Shown in pieces: positions 49,775 to 61,830 of a stretch of DNA of 64,000 nucleotides (position 1 is the first letter of the stretch; each line of letters begins with the position of its first letter). Source of the stretch: Malacoraja senta (Eukaryota); NCBI GenBank assembly GCA_038087875.1, contig JAXLNO010000461.1, positions 1 through 64,000 of the forward strand. Direction: 5' to 3'. The notes below the pieces were generated by a model. That model was not told the DNA's origin. It was given only the letters and a program-made list of their open reading frames with translations, and did not search any database. The position numbers were made by a program, and so were the translations under genes.

Positions 49775-49967
49775 TTTGTGGTCAACACTCCCACCATGTG
49801 GTGATCCGCCGCACTGCAGGCCCGTCCAGTTTGTGGTCAACACTCCCACCATGTGGTGATCCGCTGCACTGCAGGCCCGTTCAGTTTGTGGTCAACACTT
49901 CCACCATGTGGTGACCTGCTGCACTGCAGGCCTGTCCAGTCTGCGGCAAACACTCCCACCGTGTGGT
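49775..49967. repeat. 55-bp minisatellite (~3.5 copies)
   Basis: tttgtggtcaacactcccaccatgtggtgatccgccgcactgcaggcccgtccag starting at 49775, 49830, 49885 and 49940. Confidence 0.9.
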
Positions 49968-50544
49968 TTAAGAAAGAACTGCAGATGCTGGAAAAATCGT
50001 AGGTCGACAAAAATGCTGGAGTAACTCAGCGGGTGAGGCAGCATCTATGGAGAGAAGGAATAGGTGACGATTCAGGTCGAGACCCTTCTTCAGACTGAAG
50101 TTGGGGTGGGGGGGCGGGAAAAAGAAAGGAAGAGGCAGAGACAGTAGGCTGTGGGAGAGCTGGGAAGGGAGATAGCATTGAAATTGGAGAATGGGAAGAT
50201 GTGGCCAGTGGTGGGATCCCGTTGGAGGTGGCGAAAATGTTGGAGGATTATCTGTTATATGTGACGGCTGGTAGGGTGTAAGGTGAGGACATGGGGGACT
50301 CTGTCCTTGTTACGAGTAGGGGTGTGGGGAGTAAGAGCGGAGCTTCGGGATATAGAGGAGAAACTGATAAGAGCCTCGTCTATAGTAGAAGAGGGGAACC
50401 CCCATTCCCTAAAGAATGAGATCATCTCCGATGCCCTGGTTTGGAACACTTCATCCTGGGCGCAGATGTGGCCAGTGCAGTTCAGATAGCCATGGGCGTC
50501 AGTGGGATTGTACTAGATGTCGGTCAGTAGTCTGTTACTTGTGA
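49968..50544 (-). mobile_element. Internally deleted Penelope-like fragment with pLTR
   Basis: FQTRASEMISFFREWGFPSSTIDEAL...RVPHVLTLHPTSRHI; hammerhead with GAAA mutated to GAAT at ~50066-50093. Confidence 0.88.
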
Positions 50545-51220
50545 TAGACAACAGGCAATAGATGCTAGAGTAGGCCATTCGGGTCTTCAAGCCAGCACCG
50601 CCATTCAATGTGATCATGCCTGATCATCCCCAATCAGTACCCCGTTCCGGCCTTCTCCTCATATCCCCTGACTCCGCTATCTTTAAGAGCCCTATCTAGC
50701 TCTCTCTTGAAAGTATCCTGATTACCGGCCCCCACCGCCATCTGAGGCAGAGAATTCCACAGACTCACCACTCTCTGTGAGAAAAAGTGTTTCCTCGTCT
50801 CCGTTCTAAATGGTTTACCCCTTATTCTTAAACTAAGGCCCCTGTTTCTGGACTCACCCGACATTGGGAACTTGTTTCCTGCCTCTAGCGTGTTGCAAAC
50901 ACCTTAAAAATCTCATATGTTTCAATAAGATACCCTCTCATCCTTCTAAACTCCAGAGTGTACAAGCCCAGCCGCTCCATTCTCTCAGGATATGTCAGTC
51001 CCGCCATCCTGGAATTAACCTGGTGAACCTACGCTGCACTTACTCAATAGCAAGAATGTCCTTCCTCAAGTTAGGGGACCAAAACTGCACACAATACTCC
51101 AGATGTGGTATCACTTGGGCCCTGTACAACTGCAGAAGGACCTCTTTGCTCCTATACTCGACTCCTCTTGTTATAAAGGCCAACATGCCATTCGCTTTCT
51201 TCACTGCCTGCTGTACCTGC
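50545..51220 (-). mobile_element. CR1 3' fragment
   Basis: QVQQAVKKANGMLAFITRG...HLEYCVQFWSPNLRKD; 3' UTR and tail at the left end. Confidence 0.9.
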
Positions 51221-51664
51221 AATGGGGGACATAGGGGACTCTGTCCTTGTAACGAGTAGGGGGATGGGGAGTAAGAGCAGAGCTGCGGGATATAGAGGAG
51301 ACCATGATAAGAGTGCTGGAGAAACTCAGCGGGTCAGGCACCATCTCTGGGGGAGAAGGATGGGTGATATTTTGGGTAAGAACCCTTCTTCTGTTCCATC
51401 CCAAAATCACTAGTTTCTCCAGAGATGCTGCCTAACCCACTGAGTTACTCCAGCAATGTGTCCATCTTTGGTATAAACCAGCATCTACAGGTCATTGATT
51501 CTACATTTTACATCAGCCAGATTCAATTTCAGTTGTGATAAGGTTAGGGTATCATCCTTTTATTCTGACACTGTGTCTTCTGGTCGAAGAGTCTCCCACT
51601 TGTGGAAACATCCTTTTAGTTCTGAGATACAGCACAGAAACAGCACAATTCCAGATGCACCATA

Positions 51665-52610
51665 AAATTATGGCGGGACTGTCATATGCTGAGAGAATGG
51701 AGCAGCTGGGCTTGTACACTCTGGGGTTTAGAAGGATGAGAGGGTATCTCATTGAAACATAAGATTGTTAAGGGCTTGGACACGCTAGAGGCAGGAAACA
51801 TGTTCCCGATGTTGGGGGAGTCTAGAACCAGGGGGCACAGTTTAAGAATAAAGTGTATGCCGTTTAGAACGGAGACGAGGAAACACTTTTTCTCACAGAG
51901 AGTGGCGGGTCTGTGAAATTCTTTGCCTCAGAGGGCGGTGGAAACAGGTTCTCTGGATGCTTTCAAGAGAGAGCTAGATAGCGCTCTTAAAAATAGCGGA
52001 GTCAGAGGAACGGGGTACTGATTGGGGATAGTACACAAAAATGCTGGAGAAGCTCAGCGGGTGCAGCAGCATCTATGGAGCGGAGGAAATAGGTAACGTT
52101 TTGGGCCGATACCCTTCTTCAGACTGATAGGGGGTGGGGAGAAGAAAGGAAAAAAGGAAAAAGGCGGAGGAGGAGCCCGATGGCTGGGGGAGGGGAGGAG
52201 ACAACCAGATGGCTGATGAAGGGGAGGGGACAGCAAGGGCTAGCAGAATTGGGAGAATTCAAGGTTCAAGCCCCCAGCATGTAGACTGCCCAAGCGGAAT
52301 ATGAGGTGCATTTCCTCCAATTTACGGTGTTGCTCGCTGTGGCCATGGAGGAGACCCAGGACAGAGAGGTCAGATACGGAATGGGAGGGGGAGTTGAAGT
52401 GCTGAGCCACCGGGAGGTCAGGTTGGTTATTGCGGACCGACCGGAGGTGTTCGGCGAAACGATCGCCAAGCCTCCGCTTGGTCTCACCGATGTAGATCAG
52501 CTGGCATCTAGAGCAGCGGGATGATCAGCCATGATCACATTGAATGGAGGTGCTGGCTCGAAGCGCCAGACGGCCTACTCCTGCACCTATTGTCTATTGT
52601 CTATTGTCCA
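51665..52610 (+). mobile_element. CR1 3' end with (CTATTGT)n tail, interrupted at 52030-52518 by a Penelope copy
   Basis: LSYAERMEQLGLYTLGFRRMRGYLIET; the UTR resumes with gatcagccatgatc. Confidence 0.88.
52030..52518 (-). mobile_element. 5'-truncated Penelope copy very similar to ~48268-48757
   Basis: Near-identical off-frame ORF translations (MRPSGGLAIVSPNTSGRSAITNL); possible TSD GGGAT. Confidence 0.9.
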
Positions 52611-53199
52611 TTTTCTCCCACACCAAAGAGGTACAGTTTGCAGGTTAATTGGCTTCGTATAAATGTAAATTGTCCCCAGTGTGCATAGGATAGTTTCCGC
52701 GCTGTATCTCTAAACTAAACTGAAAATCGACACTCTTTCCTTGTGCATTTAATCTCCTAAAGTGCAACACCTCACACAAGCTTGTTCTAAACTCTGTCCA
52801 AGCAGTCGTTCCAGGTGCGACAGAGGTTTACCTGCAACTCCTCCAACCTCATCTATTGCATTCGCTGCTCTAGGTGTCAGCTGATCTACATCCGTGAGAC
52901 CAAGCGCAGGCTCGGCGATCGCCTCGCCGAACACCTCCGCTCGGTCCGCACTAACCAAACTGATCTCTCGGTGGCTCAGCACTTCAACTCCCCCTCCTAT
53001 TCCCAATCGACCTTCCAGAGTGAGGACCACTGGAAATTGGAGGAGCAACACCTCTTAGGCCGTTTGTACCCCAGCGGCATGAACATTGACCTCCAATTTC
53101 AGGTAGCCCTTACTGTCTCCTTCCCTTCTCAGCTCTCCCTCAGCCGTCTGACTCCTCCTCTTCCTTTCTTCTTCCCACCCCCTCCCACCCAACATCAGT

Positions 53200-53227
53200 C
53201 TGAAGAAGGGATTCGGCCCGAAACGTC
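53200..53227 (+). ncRNA. Minimal hammerhead core
   Basis: CTGAAGA-A-GGG(ATTCGG)CCC-GAAA-CGTC. Confidence 0.65.
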
Positions 53228-53783
53228 GCCTATCTCCTTCACTCCATAGATGCTGCCGCACCCGCTGAGTTTCTTCAGCATTTTTAGCTACCTACTATCA
53301 TTTCTCCGCACATTTCTGCATCTGATCTTCATCCCGCCGTATCTTCCGACAGCTTCCTCACTGTCTGCAACTCCTCCAATCTTGGTGTCGTCAGGAAACT
53401 CACTCAGCCACAGATCGCCAGCATCTTCACACGTGCACTCTGATGGAGGGACAGCGCATCCTGGACATTTTTGCCGCTGTAAATAGAATAAAGCACCTGA
53501 GTTCACCGTGTTATTGTGAATGTCGGAGTGGTCACTGCCGAACCCGCCTCTCTTTCAACGCCACACACCCTATCGCCTCATACTGCCTCCTTCAGTGAGA
53601 TGAGAACCTGGACCCAAAGATCCCACTGCACATCAATTGTGTCAAGGAAGAAGGGTCTTGAGCTGAAACGTCACCCATTCCTTCTTGGTCAAGTATGAAT
53701 ATTGCTTTCTTTAACTTCAAGTACACTTGTACTCTCTCTCTCTCCATCCCTCCCCCACCAAAGTCACACCAGCTTGAAGTCTT

Positions 53784-54452
53784 TGAATTTTCATGGCTTT
53801 CACGTCTTGAATTTTCGTGGATTTTCACGTCTTGAATTTTCGTGGCTTTTCACGCCTTGAAATTTCGTGGCTTGTCACGCCTGGAATTTCCGTGGCTTTT
53901 CATGTCTTGAATTTTTGTGACTTTTCATGTCTTGATTTTTCGTGGCTTTTCACGTCTTGAGTTGTCATTGCGTTTCACGTCTTGAATTTTCGTGGCTTTC
54001 GACGCCTTGAATTTTCGTGGTTTTTCACGTCTTGAATAGTCATTGATTTTCACCTAGAAATTTCGTGGTTTTTCAAGTCTTGAATTGTTGTGGGGTTTTT
54101 TCACGTCCTGAATTTTCGTGGATTTTCTCGTCTTGAATTTTCGTGTCTTTTCATGTCTTGAATTTTCGTGGCTTTTCATGTCTTGAGTTTTCGTGGCTTT
54201 TCATGTCTTGAATTTTCGTGGCTTTTCGTGTCTTGAAGTTAAGTGGCTTTTCATGTGTTGATTTTTCATAGCTTTTCACGTCATGAATTTTCGTGGCTTT
54301 TCACATCTTGAATTTTGTGGCTTTTCCAGATTTGAATTGCGGTTGCCTTTTACGTCTTTAATTTTTGTGGCTTTTAACGTCTTGATAATTCGTGGCTTTT
54401 CACGTCTTGAATTTGTGTGGCTTTTCACGTCTTGAATTTTTGTGGCTTTTCA
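53784..54452. repeat. 25-bp satellite A, array 1
   Basis: Consensus GAATTTTCGTGGCTTTTCACGTCTT in tandem. Confidence 0.95.
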
Positions 54453-54659
54453 TGACCCGAAACGTCACCCATTCCTTCTCGCCAGAGATGCTGCCTCTCC
54501 CGCTGAGTTACTCCAGCATTTCGTTTCAATCTTCGGTTTAAAGCGGCATCTGCAGTTGCATCCAACACTGTTAATAATTTAGTTTAGTTTAGAAAGCGCG
54601 GAAACAGGCCGACCGAGTCCGCACTGACCAACTATCCTCGCACATTATCACTATTAATA

Positions 54660-55680
54660 GGTTGAAGGCTAAGAGCAAAGTCAGTAACACTGCCATCATG
54701 GAGCTTCTGCACGCGGATGACTGCGCCATTGCAGCACACTCTGCAAAAGACTTCCAGGGCATCCTGAATGCCTTTGCCAAGGCATACTTAGCCATGGGCC
54801 TAGACTCAGGTCCCACATCAACCTCTACCCAACCAGCCGTCTAAAAGTGGACGACACCACGCTTGAAAACGTTGACCACTTCCCCTACCTTGGCAGCATT
54901 CTTTCCTCAAAAGCTGACATCGACTCTGAGGTCAACCATCGCCTTAGTTGTGCCAATGGAGCCAACGCCAGACTCAGGAGAAGAGTCTTTGAAGACCGAG
55001 ACCTAAAGGCTCAAACAAAACTGTTGGTCTACAGAGCCGTTGTCCTCTCCACCCTGTTGTATGGAGCCGTCATGGACCACCTACAGCAGGCACCTGAGAG
55101 CCCGGGAACAATATCATCAAAGATCGTTACGAAAGATTCTGAGGATCAGCAGGGAGGACAAACGCACCAACATCAGCGTTTTGGAGGACGCCAACATGAC
55201 CAGCATCATCACCACAATAATGCCGCACCAACTTCGATGGACTGGCCATATCATCCGCATGTCCAACACACGTCTCCCTAAACAAATCCTGTACTCTCAA
55301 CTGAAGGATGGTCGGCGAGCCCCCGCCGGGCCAAAGACAAACTTCAAGAACAACACCAAGAACAGTCTGAAGAAATTCCACATCACATCAAGCAACTGGG
55401 AGTGCATTGCACTAGACATTCACTCCTGGAGGAAGTCCGTGCAGGAATGAGCTACACTTCACGAAATGGAACCGCGCCGTGTCACAGAGACAAAGCGACA
55501 GCATCGTAAGGAGAGAGAAAAGGAGGCTCGACAACTACCAACCGCCGCCAGTCTCCACTACCCACGTTGCACCAAGGTGTGTGGATCGTGGATCGGCCTT
55601 TACAGACATCTGCAGACCCACAAGTGGACGACCCGATGGAGAGGACAGTCATACTTGCTTCGATTGACCGCCGATGATCA
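54660..55680 (+). mobile_element. RTE-clade (BovB-like) LINE 3' half, frameshifted
   Basis: ELLHADDCAI, LENVDHFPYLGSILS, YRAVVLSTLLYGA, QLRWTGHIIRM..RLPKQILYSQL, terminal CxxC..H..H motif. Confidence 0.9.
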
Positions 55681-56179
55681 CACAAGAGAGACAATTTAAA
55701 CTGTTATGCCAAACCAATTTATGTATATAATGTAAATAAATGTGCTGGATGAAATCAATGTTGATTGGTTAAGTTTAATTTCGAGATACAGCGCGGAGAC
55801 AGGCCATTCCGCCCACCGAATCCGCACCGAGGAAGGAACGGTAGATGCTGGTTTACACCGAAGATAGACACAAAAGCTGGAGTAACCCAGCGGGGAAGGC
55901 AGCATATCTGGAGAAAATGTGACGGTATATAAAGGTACAGAACAAATCAGAGCCCGAAACGAAGGCCCATGAAAGGTGGAGCCCACAATGGTCTATTGGT
56001 GGTCATGGAAGAGATACACACAGGGAAACTAGCAGAACAATAAAGTGGGGGAGGAACAGAGAGAGGGAAAGCAAGGGTTACTTCAGGTTAGAGCAGTCAA
56101 TGTTCATACCGCTGGGGTGTAAGCTGCCCAAGCGAAATATGAGGTGCTGTTGTTCCAATTCAGTTTGTAACTATGAAAC

Positions 56180-57405
56180 ACCAGTATGTAGCTAGCTATC
56201 CAGTCTGTAGCCATGTAGCCAGCTACCTAGTTATCCACTTTGTAGCTCGGTCTCGGTAGCAACCTAGCTGTCCAGTATGTAGATCATTCTAGCTAGCTAC
56301 CTAGCTATCCAGCTACCTCGGTACACGTGAGAATAAATTAATGAGGGGGAAAGAATTATATGAGATTGTTACGTGGATTGGTGTAACAACACACCAGTTC
56401 TAGCTTCAGTTGTTGTTGTTGCTCATATTGTATTGCTCTTTTACAGGTGCTCTCCTCTAAATCTACCCTAAATTTACAGATGCCTTCACTTCTGCACCAT
56501 TTAAAGGTACCCTCCCCTAATTCACCATTTACAGATGCCCTCCTAATTCACCATTTAAAGGTGCCCTCCCATAAATCCCCTCCCATTTACGTCCTACCCT
56601 AAATCCCCATTTACTGGTGCCCTTCCCTAACCCCCCCCCCTATTTCTAGGCACCCTCACCTATATGTAGCCATCTAGCTAGTTATCCAGTATATAGCTCA
56701 TTCTAGCTAGCTACCTAGTTTTACAGTAGGTAGCCTCAGTCTAGCTAGCTACCTAGTTATATAGTATGTTGCTCAGTCTAGCTATCTCTCTAGCTATCCA
56801 AGTATGTAGCTTAATCTAGTTAGCTACCAAGCTATCCGGTATGTAGATCACTCTACTAGCTACCAAGCTATCCAGTATGTTGCTCAGTCCTGCTATCTCT
56901 CTAGCTATCCAGAATTTAGCCATCTAGCTAGCTACCTAGTTGTGCAGGATGTAGCCATCTAGCTGGCTCAATTGTGATCATGTTTTGTCTTTCTGCTAAC
57001 TGGTTAGCACGCGACCAAAGCTTTTCACTGTACCTTGGTACACGTGAGAATAAATTAATGAGGGGGTAATAATTATATGAGATTGTTACGTGGATTGGTG
57101 TAGCAACACACCAGTTGTTGTTGTAAAGCTTCAGTTGTTGTTGCTCATATTGTATTGCTCCTTTCCAGGTGCTCTCCCCTAAATATACCCTAAATTTACA
57201 ATGCCTTCCCTACTGCGCCATTTAACGGTGCCCTCCCCTAATTCACCATTTACAGATGCCCTCCTAATTCACCATTTAAAGGTGCCCTCCGCTAAATCCC
57301 CCTCCCATTTACATGCACTACCCTAAATCCACATTTACAGGTGCCCTTCCCTAACCCCCCCACCCTATTTCAAGGCACCCTCCCCTATATGTAGCCATCT
57401 AGCGA
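56180..57405. repeat. CTAG-rich degenerate repeats alternating with C-rich ~28-bp repeats, with an internal ~360-bp duplication (also present at ~60595-61825)
   Basis: agctagctacctagctatccagtatgt units and ggtgccctcccctaattcaccatttaca units; 56319-56680 is repeated at 57036-57405. Confidence 0.85.
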
Positions 57406-57410
57406 GCATT

Positions 57411-58125
57411 ATGCGTCCTGTAATTTTGTCGCTTTTCGTGTCCTGAATTTAAATAACCTTTGGCATTTTTAATTTTCGTCCCCTTTCGTGTCCTGAATTT
57501 TCGTCACTTTTCGCATGCTGAATTTTTGTCTCTTTTCGCATGCTGAATTTTCGTCGCTTTTTGTGTACTGAAATTTCGGCCCTTTACGTGTGCTGAAATT
57601 TCGTCGCTTTCCACATTCTGAAATTGCGTCACTTTTCATGTCCTGAATTTTGGTCGCTTTTCATGTCCTGAAGGTTCGTCACTTTTTGTGTGCCGAAATT
57701 ATGTCACTTTTCGTGTCCTGAAATTTGGTCGTTTCATGCGTCCTGAACTTTTGTCGCTTTTCATATCCTGAATTTCAACGCGTTTGGCGTTTTTAATTTT
57801 CGTCGCCTTTCACGTGCTGAATTTTCGTCGTTATTCGCGTGCTGAAATTTAGTTGCATTTCACGTCCTGAACGGCCTTTCACATCCTGAAGGTTCATCGC
57901 TTTTCGCATCCTGAAGGTTCGTCGCTTTTTGTGTGCTGAATTTTTGTCGCTTTTCACATGCTGAATTTTCGTCGCTTTTCCTGTGCTGAAATTTTGTCAC
58001 TTTATGCATCCTGAAATTTCATCGCTTTTCGCGTCCTGAATTTATGTCACTTTTGGCGTCCTGAATTTTCATCGTTTTCGCTTGCTGAATTTTTGTCGCT
58101 TTTCGCATCGTGAAAGTTTGTCACT
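57411..58125. repeat. 25-bp satellite B, array 1
   Basis: Consensus GAATTTTCGTCGCTTTTCGCGTGCT in tandem. Confidence 0.95.
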
Positions 58126-58463
58126 TCTACATTGGTGAGACCAAGCGCAGGCTCGGCGATCGCCTCGCCGAACACTTCCGCTCGGTCCGCACTAACCAAA
58201 CTGATCTCTCGGTGGCTCAGCACTTCAACTCCCCCTCCCATTCCCAATCGACGTTTCTGTCCTGGGCCTCCTCCATGGCCAGAGTGAGGGCCACCGGAAA
58301 TTGGAGGAGCAACACCTCTTAGGCCGTTTGTACCCCAGCGGCATGAACATTGACCTCCAATTTCAGGTAGCCCTTACTGTCTCCTTCCCTTCTCAGCTCT
58401 CCCTCAGCCGTCTGACTCCTCCTCTTCCTTTCTTCTTCCCACCCCCTCCCAGCCAACATCAGT

Positions 58464-58491
58464 CTGAAGAAGGGATTCGGCCCGAAACGTC
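58464..58491 (+). ncRNA. Minimal hammerhead core (duplicate of 53200)
   Basis: CTGAAGA-A-GGG(ATTCGG)CCC-GAAA-CGTC. Confidence 0.65.
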
Positions 58492-59046
58492 GCCTATCTC
58501 CTTCACTCCATAGATGCTGCCGCACCCGCTGAGTTTCTTCAGCATTTTTAGCTACCTACTACCATTTCTCCGCACATTTCTGCATCTGATCTTCATCCCG
58601 CCGTATCTTCCGACAGCTTCCTCACTATCTGCAACTCCTCCAATCTTGGTGTCGTCAGCAAACTCACTCAGCCACAGATCACCAGCATCTTCACACGTGC
58701 ACTCTGATGGAGGGACAGCGCATCCTGGACATTTTTGCCGCTGTAAATAGAATAAAGCACCTGAGTTCACCGTGTTATTGTGAATGTCGGAGTGGTCACT
58801 GCCGAACCCGCCTCTCTTTCAACGCCACACACCCTATCACCTCATACTGCCTCCTTCAGTGGGATGAGAACCTGGACCCAAAGATCCCACTGCACATCAA
58901 TTGTGTCAAGGAAGAAGGGTCTTGAGCTGAAACGTCACCCATTCCTTCTTGGTCAAGTATGAATATTGCTTTATTTAACTTCAAGTACACCTGTGCTCGC
59001 TCGCTCTCCATCCCTCCCCCACCAAAGTCACACCAGCTTGAAGTCT

Positions 59047-60012
59047 TTGAATTATCATGGCTTTTCACGTCTTGAATTTTCGTGGTATTAACATCTTCAA
59101 TTTTCGTGGCTTTTCATGTCGAATTTTCGTGGCTTTTCACGTCTTGAATTTTCCTGGCTTTTCACGCCTTGAATTTTAGTGGCTTTTCATGTCTTGAATT
59201 TTCGTGGCTTTCGACGCATTGAATTTTCGTGGCTTTTCACGTCTTGAATAGTCATTGATTTTCACCTAGAAATTTCGTGTTTTTTCATGTCTTGAATTTT
59301 TGTGGGTTTTTTTCACGTCTTGAATTTTCGTGGATTTTCACGTCTTGAATATTCATGTCTTTTCATGTCTTGAATTTTCGTGGCTTTTCATGTATTGAAT
59401 TTCCGTGGATTTTCATGTCTTGAATTTTCGTGGCTTTTCACGCCTTGAATTTTCTTCGCTTTTCACGCCTTGAATTTCCGTGGCTTTTCATGTCTTGAAT
59501 TTTTGTGGCTTTTCATGTCTTGATTTTTCGTGGCTATTCACGTCTTGAATTGTTATTGCGTTTCATGTCTTGAATTTTCATGGCTTTCGACGCCTTGAAT
59601 TTTCGTGGTTTTTCACGTCTTGAATAGTCATTGATTTTCACTTCTAGAAATGTCATGGTTTTCAAGTCTTGAATTTTTGTGGGGTTTTTTCACGTCTTGA
59701 ATTTTCGTGGATTTTCACGTCTTGAATTTCCGTGTCTTTTCATGTCTTGAATTTTCGTGGCTTTTCATGTCTTGAATTTTCGTGGCTTTTCATGTCTCGA
59801 ATTTTCGTGGCTTTTCGTGTCTTGATTTTTTATAGCTTTTCACGTCATGAATTTTCGTGGCTTTTCACGTCTTGAATTTTGTGGCTTTTCCAGTTTTGAA
59901 TTGCCGTCTTACGTCTTGAATTTTTGTGGCTTTTAACGTCTTGAAATTTCGTGGCTTTTCACGTCTTGCATTTGTGTGGCTTTTCACGTCTTGAATTTTT
60001 GTGGCTTTTCAT
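59047..60012. repeat. 25-bp satellite A, array 2
   Basis: Same consensus as array 1 and about 300 bp longer. Confidence 0.95.
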
Positions 60013-61830
60013 GACCCGAAACGTCACCCATTCCTTCTCGCCAGAGATGCTGCCTCTCCCGCTGAGTTACTCCAGCATTTCGTTTCAATCTTCGGTTTAA
60101 ACCGGCATCTGCAGTTGCATCCAACACTGTTAATAATTTAGTTTAGTTTAGAGATACAGCGCGGAAACAGGCCCACCGAGTCCGCACTGACCAACGATCC
60201 CCGCATATTAGCACTATTAATAGGTTGAAGGGTAAGAGCAAAGTCAGTAACACCGCCATCATGGAGCTTCTGCACTCGGATGACTGCGTCATTGCAGCAC
60301 ACTCTGCAGACTACCTCCAGGGCATCCTGAATGCCTTTGCCAAAGCATACAGAGCATGGGCCTTGACCCAGGTCCCACATCAACCTCTATCCAACCAGCC
60401 GTCTAAAAGTGGATGACACCACGCTTGAAAACGTTGACCACTTCCCCTACCTTGGCAGCATTCTTTCCTCAAAAGCTGACATTGACTCTGAGGTCATCCA
60501 TCGCCTGAGTTGTGCCAATGGAGCCGCTGGGGTGTAAGCTGCCCAAGCGAAATATGAGGTGCTGTTGTTCCAATTCAGTTTGTAACTATGAAACACCAGT
60601 ATGTAGCTAGCTATCCAGTCTGTAGCCATGTAGCCAGCTACCTAGTTATCCACTTTGTAGCTCAGTCTCGGTAGCAACCTAGCTGTCCAGTATGTAGATC
60701 ATTCTAGCTAGCTACCTAGCTATCCAGCTACCTCGGTACACGTGAGAATAAATTAATGAGGGGGAAAGAATTATATGAGATTGTTACGTGGATTGGTGTA
60801 ACAACACACCAGTTCTAGCTTCAGTTGTTGTTGTTGCTCATATTGTATTGCTCTTTTACAGGTGCTCTCCTCTAAATCTACCCTAAATTTACAGATGCCT
60901 TCACTTCTGCACCATTTAAAGGTACCCTCCCCTAATTCACCATTTACAGATGCCCTCCTAATTCACCATTTAAAGGTGCCCTCCCATAAATCCCCTCCCA
61001 TTTACGTCCTACCCTAAATCCCCATTTACTGGTGCCCTTCCCTAACCCCCCCCCCTATTTCTAGGCACCCTCACCTATATGTAGCCATCTAGCTAGCTAT
61101 CCAGTATATAGCTCATTCTAGCTAGCTACCTAGTTTTACAGTAGGTAGCCTCAGTCTAGCTAGCTACCTAGTTATATAGTATGTTGCTCAGTCTAGCTAT
61201 CTCTCTAGCTATCCAAGTATGTAGCTTAATCTAGTTAGCTACCAAGCTATCCGGTATGTAGATCACTCTACTAGCTACCAAGCTATCCAGTATGTTGCTC
61301 AGTCCTGCTATCTCTCTAGCTATCCAGAATTTAGCCATCTAGCAAGCTACCTAGTTGTGCAGGATGTAGCCATCTAGCTGGCTCAATTGTGATCATGTTT
61401 TGTCTTTCTGCTAACTGGTTAGCATGCGACTAAAGCTTTTCACTGTACCTTGGTACATGTGAGAATAAATTAATGGGGGTAATAATTATATGAGATTGTT
61501 ACGTGGATTGGTGTAACAACACACCTTTTGTTGTTGTAAAGCTTCAGTTGTTGTTGCTCATATTGTATTGCTCCTTTCCAGGTGCTCTCCCCTAAATATA
61601 CCCTAAATTTACAATGCCTTCCCTACTGCACCATTTAATGGTGCCCTCCCCTAATTCACCATTTACAGATGCCCTCCTAATTCACCATTTAAAGGTGCCC
61701 TCCCCTAAATCCCCCTCCCATTTACATGCACTACCCTAAATCCACATTTACAGGTGCCCTTCCCTAAACCCCCCCCCCCACCCTATTTCAAGGCACCCTC
61801 CCCTATATGTAGCCATCTAGCGAGCATTAT

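Noticed and set aside
48845..49967. CRISPR-like regular repeats
   Set aside because: Whole units repeat without unique spacers; eukaryotic context with no cas genes.
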